From: an uncultured Dehalococcoidia bacterium
GTDB lineage: Bacteria; Chloroflexota; Dehalococcoidia; Lucifugimonadales; CAJWER01
Direction: 5' to 3'
Length of the DNA stretch: 64,000 nucleotides
Assembly: GCA_964384845.1 (NCBI GenBank)
Contig: CAYLLU010000001.1
Coordinates: forward strand, 28,595-92,594
Shown in pieces: positions 51,998 through 61,400 of this stretch (positions are counted from its first letter, which is position 1; the number at the start of each line of letters is the position of its first letter). A program made the position numbers and the translations under genes. The notes beneath the pieces are model-generated. The model was not told the origin of the DNA. It ran no database searches and worked only from the letters and a program-made list of their open reading frames with translations.

Positions 51998-53077
51998 TTA
52001 AGGTTTCGGGATGCTTACGGCGTGGCCGGTCTCGGAAGATTCAATGGCCGCGTCTATGACCTCCAACACATGGACGGCCGCCGCGATGGGTGCCGGCGCC
52101 TCACCGCCAGTTCTGGTCGCTTGCAAATAGTCTTCAAGGAAACGTTCGCCGCCATAGCCTCCATATGCCTTAGAATCAGGTGGCGAAAAGGCGCGGTACT
52201 GCTCACCACCAGCGGCCCACCCCGACGCCTGACTGAATAAGGTGTAACCGTCGTCTTCCATTGGCATGCGTGCATACCCATCCGTGCCCCGCAGTGCAAG
52301 AAAGGAGTCGTATGACGCACCTGTATATCCGGCATCGCTCCCTGGAAGATGGTAGCCCGCGTGAAGTGATCCGAGAGCGCCCCCCTCAAACCTGAAGGCC
52401 AGTATCGCGGTGTCCTCCACCTCGAGCCTCTCCGGGTTGCGGTTGTCCACAATTGCAGTGACCTCCACTATCCGTTCATCCATCATGTAGCACATCAGGT
52501 CAATATGGTGACAACCCAACCAAGACAGGATACCGGAGCCACTCATTCCCTTACGGAAGAGCCAGTGCCCAGGGTCGCGGTAGCGCACCTGAGAGGTCAC
52601 CATCCTCGACTCCACCGCCATTACAGTGCCCAGAGCGCCACCTCGACGAGCCTCCCTCACCTCGATAACTTTCGGTTTCGTGCGGTTCTGGAACATCGCT
52701 CCCATAACCAGCCCCCGGGCAGAGGCGAGTTCCATGATGCGGCGTAGGTCTCCGGCCCGCAGAGCACCTGGCTTCTCGAAAAGTGCCCCCTTACCTGCAT
52801 CTATGCCTGCCTCTAGGACCATAGGGCATAGGTCGTTGCGCACCGATACCAGCAAAGCATCCACGTCTTCGCGGGCCAGTAGCTCATCGAGGCTGTCTGT
52901 CGTTGAGAGGACCTTGTCCGTCTCGGCCGCTAGTGCGTCCACATCATCGCCATCGAGACCGCACACATGGACCGCTCCGACGGCAGCCAGCACATCAAGG
53001 GTTTTGATGTGAAGGATCGAGTGCGGGTGGGGAGTAGAAACGAAGCCGACGGTGAACCTGTCATTTTTGGTTGTCAT
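51998..53077 (-). CDS. Gfo/Idh/MocA family oxidoreductase
   Basis: Rossmann N-terminal domain plus the typical C-terminal alpha/beta domain. 359 aa. Confidence 0.7.
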   Translation of the reverse strand: MTTKNDRFTVGFVSTPHPHSILHIKTLDVLAAVGAVHVCGLDGDDVDALAAETDKVLSTTDSLDELLAREDVDALLVSVRNDLCPMVLEAGIDAGKGALFEKPGALRAGDLRRIMELASARGLVMGAMFQNRTKPKVIEVREARRGGALGTVMAVESRMVTSQVRYRDPGHWLFRKGMSGSGILSWLGCHHIDLMCYMMDERIVEVTAIVDNRNPERLEVEDTAILAFRFEGGALGSLHAGYHLPGSDAGYTGASYDSFLALRGTDGYARMPMEDDGYTLFSQASGWAAGGEQYRAFSPPDSKAYGGYGGERFLEDYLQATRTGGEAPAPIAAAVHVLEVIDAAIESSETGHAVSIPKP

Positions 53078-53106
53078 GGTGCAGACGCTCCTCTACCTGA
53101 CACGGA

Positions 53107-54561
53107 TTACAGATTTGGACGAAGAAAATGCCACTCAGTGGACTGCTCATATGCATGAGCTGCACGCAATAAAATCTTCTCCTGCATGTGGTTCGCCATA
53201 AACTGCAGACCTACCGGGAGTCCATCTACCATTCCTCCCTGTACGGAGATTGCCGGCAGTCCAGCGATGTTCGCGGGTTGTGTGAATATGTCGTTGAGGT
53301 ACATCGTCATAGGGTCTTCTATTTTCTCCCCCAACCTGAAAGCGACTGAGGGCGACGTGGGAGTGACCAAAACATCGAACTTCTTGAAAGCCTCGTCAAA
53401 TTCCTGGCGTATCAAGGTGCGGACTCGCTGAGCTTTAAGGTAATAAGCATCGTAGTAGCCAGCGGACAGCGCATGGGTCCCTAGCATGATGCGGCGCTGC
53501 ACCTCCGGGCCGAAGCCCTCCTGGCGGGTCTTCTCAAGAGCATCCCACATGCTGTCGGCGTCCTTTGCGAAGTGACCGTATTTCACACCATCGTAGCGGG
53601 CAAGATTTGCCGAAGCCTCGGAGGGAGCGATGATGTAATAGACGGCCAACGCATATGGAGTATGTGGCAGCAATGTCTCCTCAACCGTCGCACCTTTATC
53701 CTTCAAGATACGAATCGCCTCGCAAATAGTCGCCTCAACGCCAGGATCCATACCATCTACAAAATACTCTCGGGGCACACCAACACGCAGTCCACGTATA
53801 TCTCCATCGAGGGCCTTGGTGTAATCAGGAGGCTTGTAGTCGATGGAGGTGGAGTCTCTCGGATCGTATCCCACTATGGCATTCAGAACAATCGCTGCAT
53901 CCGCCACGTTTCGGGTTATGGGCCCTATCTGGTCTAGTGAGCTCGCAAAGGCAATAAGACCATAACGACTGACCAGGCCATAGGTGGGCTTCATACCGAC
54001 CACTCCGCAAAATGACGCCGGCTGGCGTATACTGCCGCCGGTGTCTGATCCAAGAGAGTACATCGCCTCACCAGCGGCCACCGCGGCGGCGGGCCCTCCG
54101 CTGCTCCCCCCAGGTGACCGATCCAAATCCCATGGGTTGTGTGTTGGAAAGAAGAACGAGTTCTCGGTAGACGAGCCCATCGCAAACTCGTCCAGGTTGC
54201 CCTTCCCTACCAGTACCGCGCCCTCGGCGTACAGTTTCCGGGCAACGGTCGCGTCGTAGACCGGCACGAAGTCTTGCAGCATGCGTGACGAACAAGTAGT
54301 AACGATTCCACTCGTGGACATGTTGTCCTTGAGCGCCATAGGGATACCGGTCAGTGGACGGGCCTCGTCGGACTTGATGCGACGATCCGCGGCCTCGGCC
54401 TGTTCCATGGCCAACGTTTCCGTTACTGTGACGAATGCGTTCGTGTGTTCCTCTACCGACGCAATACGGTCCAGCACCGCCCGTGTCAGTTCGACCGAAG
54501 TGATATCGCCTTTAGCGAGAAGACCGGCCGCCTGGCCAATTGTGAGGTCAGATGGCTCCAA
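53107..54561 (-). CDS. gatA: Glu-tRNA(Gln)/Asp-tRNA(Asn) amidotransferase subunit A
   Basis: Amidase signature GGSSGGPAAAVAAG...GSDTGGSIRQPASFCG. Start set at TTG 54561, 4 nt after the gatC stop; the track ORF extends 35 codons into gatC. Confidence 0.85.
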   Translation of the reverse strand: MEPSDLTIGQAAGLLAKGDITSVELTRAVLDRIASVEEHTNAFVTVTETLAMEQAEAADRRIKSDEARPLTGIPMALKDNMSTSGIVTTCSSRMLQDFVPVYDATVARKLYAEGAVLVGKGNLDEFAMGSSTENSFFFPTHNPWDLDRSPGGSSGGPAAAVAAGEAMYSLGSDTGGSIRQPASFCGVVGMKPTYGLVSRYGLIAFASSLDQIGPITRNVADAAIVLNAIVGYDPRDSTSIDYKPPDYTKALDGDIRGLRVGVPREYFVDGMDPGVEATICEAIRILKDKGATVEETLLPHTPYALAVYYIIAPSEASANLARYDGVKYGHFAKDADSMWDALEKTRQEGFGPEVQRRIMLGTHALSAGYYDAYYLKAQRVRTLIRQEFDEAFKKFDVLVTPTSPSVAFRLGEKIEDPMTMYLNDIFTQPANIAGLPAISVQGGMVDGLPVGLQFMANHMQEKILLRAAHAYEQSTEWHFLRPNL

Positions 54562-54565
54562 GCCT

Positions 54566-54853
54566 CTACTCCAAGACCGCGCGCACACGAATAAACCCGT
54601 CCTCGCTGCGCGGGGCGTTTGCCAGTACGTCGTCCCTGGATAAGGAGACATGGGCGATGTCATCACGCATTACAGTCTCCAGACCCGCCGAGTGGCCTGT
54701 AGGTTCGACATCGGTCGTGTCTACCTCCTGGAGCACATCGAAGTGTCCCAAAATGTTGGATAGCTGGTCTCGCATTCGCTCAATCTCACCGTCAGTCATA
54801 GCAACCCTGGCAAGTGCGGCGATATGCCGGACCTCATCAGAAGTCAGTCTCAC
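54566..54853 (-). CDS. gatC: Glu-tRNA(Gln)/Asp-tRNA(Asn) amidotransferase subunit C
   Basis: (V)RLTSDEVRHIAALARVAMTDGEIERMRDQLSNILGHFDVLQEVDT. GTG 54853 has GGAGG 9 nt upstream. Confidence 0.85.
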   Translation of the reverse strand: MRLTSDEVRHIAALARVAMTDGEIERMRDQLSNILGHFDVLQEVDTTDVEPTGHSAGLETVMRDDIAHVSLSRDDVLANAPRSEDGFIRVRAVLE

Positions 54854-54938
54854 CTTCAAGAACCTCCACCGTGCGGAACGCAGTGTAGCAAGGGAAGGGT
54901 GCCCATACAAGAGAATATTAGTCCTACGAACAACTGTA

Positions 54939-55559
54939 TCAATTATACCGATTCATAGCCGCATCGAGGCCTTCTGACAGATAGCAGACGATGGCTTCGA
55001 CTGCATTGCCCACCGCAGCGTCAACCAGACCCTGATCCTCGGCATTGGCCCTGCCAAGAACGTGGTCGATCTGGTCATCACCTGGGCCAGGGCGTCCCAC
55101 GCCGACCCGAAGTCTGACAAATCTCTGGGTTCCGATGGCATCAATGATGGACCTGATGCCGTTGTGACCACCCGATCCCCCACTGGGACGTAGCCGCATC
55201 TTGCCAGCAGGGAGGTCCATATCGTCATAGACGACGAGCAGGTCTACGACTGAAGCGCGGTAACGCGCCATGAGTGAGGTCACGACATGGCCACTATCAT
55301 TTACAAAGGTGCGAGGCTTTACTAGGACAACATCCTCGCCCTCTATGCGGCCCTCTCCTGTCAACGCCAGCCGGCGTCGGCGATCTATCTTGATGGAGTG
55401 CTCTCCTCCCAACCGTTCTACACACCAGACGCCGACGTTATGACGTGTCTTTTCATAACGATCACCCGGATTACCCAGGCCAACGATCAATACACGTCGC
55501 CGCCGGGCACGGTGTAAACCCAGCAGTGAATCAAGTGCAGTCCAATGAATTTTTTTCAT
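54939..55559 (-). CDS. pth: peptidyl-tRNA hydrolase
   Basis: LIVGLGNPGDRYEKTRHNVG and GHNGIRS. The start may be later than annotated. Confidence 0.9.
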   Translation of the reverse strand: MKKIHWTALDSLLGLHRARRRRVLIVGLGNPGDRYEKTRHNVGVWCVERLGGEHSIKIDRRRRLALTGEGRIEGEDVVLVKPRTFVNDSGHVVTSLMARYRASVVDLLVVYDDMDLPAGKMRLRPSGGSGGHNGIRSIIDAIGTQRFVRLRVGVGRPGPGDDQIDHVLGRANAEDQGLVDAAVGNAVEAIVCYLSEGLDAAMNRYN

Positions 55560-55797
55560 GGTTCATGTAACAGGGAATGTCTTCAGTACGTAGGACGACT
55601 GAACCAGCACGATATGCCGACTCAGTACAACATGATACACCGCCGGAGAGTCCTCAGCACCTCAATTCCTATTCATCTGCACCATATGAGAGTATGAAAA
55701 ATGATGCGAATCCACGTGAGAGTCAGTAGACTGGCTAACTTGATCAGCCGGTGCAAAGGCCATAGAGCCTCACGCGCTCACTTGGCGAATAGGCACA

Positions 55798-55986
55798 TTA
55801 CAGACACTGGAAATGAGAAAGAAACTCGTCTAAGTCGGAGGAAACCAGGTCGAGATAAAACACCTCGCCGTGCCTGACCCGGAACCCGGAAAAATGCTCG
55901 TACGAGTTCATCTCTCCCAGATGAACGCCGGCATCGCTCTCAGCGAGTTCAGCCCTAGCATCGACCAATAGTGGATCGGTCGTCAC
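55798..55986 (-). CDS. hypothetical small protein (62 aa)
   Basis: This is the only ORF in a 655-bp gap. GTG start. By my hand count about 63% of third positions are G/C. No family recognised. Confidence 0.25.
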   Translation of the reverse strand: MTTDPLLVDARAELAESDAGVHLGEMNSYEHFSGFRVRHGEVFYLDLVSSDLDEFLSHFQCL

Positions 55987-56214
55987 ACAGGAACCAGGCG
56001 AAAAAATGGTTGCAGGTGATGGAGCTCAGAACGAACGTCACATAGTCGCAGATCTGAGACGCCGTCACGCCAAGGTAACTCGCGGAGTACAACGTGTCAA
56101 CTATCTCAAGGCTGGCCAAGCCCAGAAGGAGCAATCTTCAGTAAGCCCCCCCAGAAAGCCCTCGCACAATAGGATATACTCCGTGGACCAGCGCGCCGAT
56201 CGAAAGGAGAGGGA

Positions 56215-57117
56215 ATGTCCGACTACATAGCGTACTACAACGGTGAGTGGATGCCCTACAACGAGGTGAAGATCCATCCCCAAGACCGGGGGTTTACCCT
56301 GGGCGACGTGGTGTTCGATGTGGAGAGGACCTTTGGTGGCAAGAGCTTCCGAATGAAGCAGCACATCGAGCGCCTGTATCGTTCGCTGAAATACGCGAGA
56401 ATAGACCCAGGGATAAGTGCTGAGGAAATGACGGAGATCACCGAGGAAGCTATCACCCGCAACGAGCCGATGAGGGCTCCAGTCGGCGACTACCGAGTTA
56501 ACCAGTGGGTCACTAGAGGGGTCGGAGGGATGGGGTTTCCGGAGGAGCCGCCTGTGGTGTGCGTAAACATCCTGCCCATCGACTTCGCACGCTATGCCAA
56601 GGAGTACGAGACAGGCAAGAACGGAGTCATCACAAAGACACGGAGTTACTCTCCGGAGGCCCTGGACCCCAAGATAAAACATCACAGCCGCATGAATTTC
56701 AACCTAGCGACGCTTGAGGCCAACGATGTCGATCCGGGCTCGTGGCCACTTCTACGTGACGACGATGGCAATCTCACCGAGGGCATCGGTTACAATTATC
56801 TTCTGGTGACTGACGGAGTGATCCGTACGTCCACCGACAAGGCCGTGCTGCAGGGTATATCGAGGGGAATGGTGTTCGACTTAGCAAACCAACTTGGGAT
56901 ACCGGTTGTGCAGGAAGACCTACAGCCCTATGACCTGTACTCTGCTGATGAGGCATTTTTCGCCAGTACCAGCTACTGTGTCCTGCCCATGACGCGCGTA
57001 GACAAAAGAGACATCGGCGACGGCCGACCTGGGCCTATTGTGCAGCAGCTCCTGGCAGCATGGAGCGAGGCGGTGGGACTGGATATCGTGGACCAGGCGA
57101 TACGCTTCGCAAACTGA
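56215..57117 (+). CDS. class IV aminotransferase (branched-chain/D-amino-acid aminotransferase family)
   Basis: YYNGEWMPYNEVKIHPQDRGFTLGDVVFD...HIERLYRSL, and GISRG. AAGGAGAGGG SD upstream. Confidence 0.8.
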   Translation: MSDYIAYYNGEWMPYNEVKIHPQDRGFTLGDVVFDVERTFGGKSFRMKQHIERLYRSLKYARIDPGISAEEMTEITEEAITRNEPMRAPVGDYRVNQWVTRGVGGMGFPEEPPVVCVNILPIDFARYAKEYETGKNGVITKTRSYSPEALDPKIKHHSRMNFNLATLEANDVDPGSWPLLRDDDGNLTEGIGYNYLLVTDGVIRTSTDKAVLQGISRGMVFDLANQLGIPVVQEDLQPYDLYSADEAFFASTSYCVLPMTRVDKRDIGDGRPGPIVQQLLAAWSEAVGLDIVDQAIRFAN

Positions 57118-57136
57118 CTGACTTATTACTCCCCTA

Positions 57137-58297
57137 GTGGATGGGTCCTTACCGGAGGTCCACGTGACCATCAGGCAGCAGGCCAAGCGAAACCGGCTGG
57201 TGCTCGTCGCGGGTGCCATGAGCCTTGCGGTCGTGCTCATAATCTTGGCCCGGGGAGCCCTGATCCCCTTTATAATCAGTGGAACGCTCACCTATCTGCT
57301 GTACCCGGTTGTACGTGGCCTCGAGAGCCTCATGCCCTGGCGAAAGCGATGGCCGGGCCCCAGTAGGATGGTCGCAATTGCAGTGATCTATGTCGCGGCT
57401 ATCGCCGCATTCACAGGAGCCGTCGCTCTCATAGTACCGCCGGCATTCAGGGAGGCAAGCGAATTCGTCGACAGCATTCCCAACCTGTTCGCCGGAGCAC
57501 GGGAGACCATCGAGGGGTGGAATAAGACGTACACCGACCGTGTGCCGGAGGACCTGCGCGAGCAGATTGAGTCTTCCTTGGTCAGTAGTGGAGACATTCT
57601 CGTGAGCGCTGCCAGGTCGGTGTTTGCGAGGACAGTAGGGGCCGTCTCGGACACGGTATCGGCGGTGATAGGTCTCGCGGTGGTCCCCTTCATGGTGTTC
57701 TATTTGCTGAAGGACCGCGAAGCCGCCGTCGGCGGATTCTATTCCCTCATGCCCCACAACGCCCAGCGCCACGCGAGGAACGTCGTCGACATCGCAAACA
57801 GTGTCCTGGGCGCCTACGTCCGTGCCCAGCTCACCCTGGGTATCATCGTCGGCGCTGTCGTTTTCCTAGGGCTGTTCGCGTTGAGATTACAGTTCTCGGC
57901 CCTGCTGGGCCTGATCGCGGGAATGTTTGAGCTGATCCCGGTCATCGGCCCGCTGCTGGGCGCCATACCTGGCGTGCTGGTGGCCCTTGCGACCTCCCCG
58001 TCCGATCTGCCGTGGGTGATACTGCTGTACACAGGCGTGCAACTCGTGGAGAACTCGGTCCTGGTACCGCGTATCCAAGGGCACGCGGTTGACCTCCACC
58101 CAGCGATGATCATGCTGCTGCTGGTAATCTCCAGCGAAGTTGCCGGCCTGTGGGGAGTGATCGTGGCGGTACCCCTAGCGGCCGTGTCAAGAGACGTGTT
58201 CCTCTACTTCCTGCACGAGTGGAGCGAGGAGCCGGCAGAAGAAGCATCGCCCGAAGAGGCACAGGATGACGAGCCTCTGCCAGCCACAGGGGGCTGA
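57137..58297 (+). CDS. AI-2E family transporter (PerM/UPF0118)
   Basis: Multi-TM protein with the typical ELIPVIGPLLGAIP segment and an acidic C-terminal tail. GTG start. Confidence 0.75.
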   Translation: MDGSLPEVHVTIRQQAKRNRLVLVAGAMSLAVVLIILARGALIPFIISGTLTYLLYPVVRGLESLMPWRKRWPGPSRMVAIAVIYVAAIAAFTGAVALIVPPAFREASEFVDSIPNLFAGARETIEGWNKTYTDRVPEDLREQIESSLVSSGDILVSAARSVFARTVGAVSDTVSAVIGLAVVPFMVFYLLKDREAAVGGFYSLMPHNAQRHARNVVDIANSVLGAYVRAQLTLGIIVGAVVFLGLFALRLQFSALLGLIAGMFELIPVIGPLLGAIPGVLVALATSPSDLPWVILLYTGVQLVENSVLVPRIQGHAVDLHPAMIMLLLVISSEVAGLWGVIVAVPLAAVSRDVFLYFLHEWSEEPAEEASPEEAQDDEPLPATGG

Positions 58298-58408
58298 GCC
58301 CGCGCATTCGATGGAGCCGCACCGCCGATCAATGCGTATGTCTTTACGTAGGCCCCACGACCCTGGTACACATTGCTCGGTGAGCGAGTGGTTGGCTAGA
58401 ATCATGGG

Positions 58409-61400
58409 ATGGACATGACGACTCAGCAGCACCGCGAGCGATTACGCAAGACCTTCGCCGCCCGAGGCGTTTGGCCGCTCGGTGCTCTGAACAGTCGTAA
58501 CGCCTTGATGACCGCCGCCCTGGTGTTAACGCTCGTGCTCGCCGTCTGTCTACGATTCTACGGCCTGAACTGGGACCGCGGGCAGGCCTTCACCCCCCAT
58601 CCTGACGAGCGCGCCATCCTGATGAAGGTGGGCGAGCTCTCGCTGCCCACTCTCGGCGATCTGGGATCTCTGCTGAACGCAGAGGAGAGTCCGTGGAATC
58701 CTCGCTGGTTCCCCTACGGCAGCTTCCCCCTATATCTGCTCAAGGGCGTGCAGATCGCATACGGAGTGCTGCCAGGCCCCGACCTCGGCGACCTGAGGAC
58801 GGTCGGCCGCACCATCTCCGCACTCGCGGATACCGCAACGGTATTGATGGTCTACATGCTTGGCAGGCGCCTGTTCGGGCTTAGGGAAGGTCTGCTCGCC
58901 GCCGCGCTGGTGGCCACGTCGGTGCTGCACATCCAGCTCAGCCACTTCTTCGCGGTCGACACGATCATGGCGCTATCGGCGGTAGTCGCGCTCTACTTCC
59001 TCTATGGCGTCGCCATTGAGGGCAGGCCAAGAGACTCAGTGCTGGCCGGGGTAGTGATCGGGCTAGGCATCGCCACCAAGGTGAGTATTGCCCCAATCTA
59101 CATCGCCTTCGCCATGGCCCACGTGATGTTCGCCACAGGAGCGCTGCCGGGTAGTAGTCGGGAGGGCAGGCCTGCGGAACGACTGTCGAAGATCATCACC
59201 GGCGGCGTGTTGGGCGGTGCGGCGTCGCTGGCGGCATTCGCTATCGCGCAGCCCTATGCCCTCTTAGACTTCTCAAGGTTCTACACCGACACCATCGAGC
59301 AGTCCGAGATGGTGCGGAGGATCCGGGACTACCCTTATACCCGCCAATATATCGATACAACCGCCTACCTTTACCAAATACGACAACTCGCCACATGGGG
59401 TTTCGGCCTGCCGCTCGGCATCGTTGCGTGGGCTGGACTGCTGTATGCATCTCTTCGCGGGCTCCGGCTAATTTACGGCGTGGCGTATTTGGCCATAGGC
59501 TGGATACTGCCAATGGGCCTGCTGCTGTTTTCTAACAGTATATTGGTAATCCTCCTTGCCTCCGGCGTCGCCTTTGCCGCCCTGGCGGGCACGTTGCCGT
59601 TTCGCAGAGCGGACACTCGAGGATCTGTGCTGCTGTTGTCGTGGGTCATCCCCTATTTCCTCATCACAGGCTCGTTCCAGGTCAAGTTCATCCGCTACCT
59701 TCTGCCGATTAGCCCCTTCTTAGTGCTGTTCGGCTCCCGGATGCTGATTGACGCGTGGGACGGGCTAAAGTACCGCGTGCCAGCCTCTCGAACCGTCCTG
59801 GGCGGGGTGCTTGCACGGCTTCTCGGTGGGACGGGGTTCTACGCCATATCCTACATGTCAATCTATGGAGAGAGCCACACGGCCGTACGAACAGCACAGT
59901 GGCTCAATAGCAACGCGGCACCGGGCGCCACAATATTAAAAGAGCATTGGGAAGAAGGCCTGCCAAACCTAGAGGCCTTCAGGGTGCGGGAGTTGCCCCT
60001 TTATAACGACGACGACGAAAGGAAGTTGCAGTCGCTGGCAGAGGAGTTGTCAGCCGCAGACTACTTAGTCTTCTTCAGCAACCGCCTTTACGGGACGCTC
60101 CCGCGCCTGCATGAGCGCTACCCTCTTTCCGGCGAGTACTACCGTCAACTTTTCACGGGCGGGCTCGGCTACGAGTTGGTCAACGTCGAGACGTCTTATC
60201 CCAGCCTGGCGGGGGTGACTTTCACCGAAGACACTTTCGGCAGACCTGGCGTGCCGGTACCTGAGTTGGTGAAAGACAAGGCGCCCTCCGGGTTCCGTTT
60301 AGACCTCGGGTTTGCGGACGAGAGTTTCACGGTATATGACCATCCCATGGGGTTGGTTTTCGCGAATGAAGGGCTCTTCTCGGAAGAGGTGCTGAAGAAG
60401 ACTATCCGGGGGGAAATATCGCCGAGTACACCAGCATCCTCGGAAACCCAGGTGGAATATGGCTTGATGTTAAGCCCCGAAAACGCTGAGACGCAGCAGG
60501 CGGGCGGGACCTGGTCCGAGATAGTAAACCCCGGTGGTTGGAGTAGCAATCACCCTACGCTGACATGGCTGTTACTCATTGAGGGTATAAGTCTGCTGAT
60601 CCTGCCACTGACCCTCGTACTGTTCCGACCACTGGCCGATCGAGGTTACTTGTTCTCGAAGGGTATGGGGTTATTGGGCGTCGGATTAGGCGCGTGGCTT
60701 CTGACCAGCCTGCACTGGATGACCTTTGCGCGGGAGTCAGTGCTGCTAGCGATGGTGATACTGTGTGTCTTGTCACTTAGTGTAGCCGCTCCTAGAGGCA
60801 GAACGCTGATTAGGTTCGTGCGTAGCCACTGGCGCATCTTGCTGGTTGAGGAGGCGCTGTTTCTCGCCGCTTTTTTTGCCTTTGTCGCCGTACGAATGGC
60901 TAACCCGGATTTGTGGCACCCACATCTGGGCGGTGAGAAACCCATGGACATGGCGTACCTAAACGCGGTGCTCAAGTCGAGCTACATGCCGCCTTACGAC
61001 CCCTGGTTTGGTGGCGGTTTCATAAACTACTACTATTGGGGACAGTTCCTAGTCGCTATGTTGATACACGTAACGGGTATCGACCCTGCCATTGCATTCA
61101 ACCTTGCAGTGCCGATGTTCTTCGCCCTGGCGGTCGTGGGCGCATTCACCATCGTCTACAATCTGGCTGAAGCCACGCGCATGGGCCAACCAAAGCCTTT
61201 AGGGAGACGAGGTCCACCAACGATGGTGGCGGGCATCATCGGCGCAGCTTTCGTAATGGTGATCGGGAACCTGGATGGCGCGCTGCAGGTGATACAGGGC
61301 ATAGTGCGAGTGTGGCTACTTAATATGCCATTCGGTAGCTTCGACTTTTGGCGCAGCACCCGCATGATGCCTCCGGATCCTCCCGGACACGAGATCACTG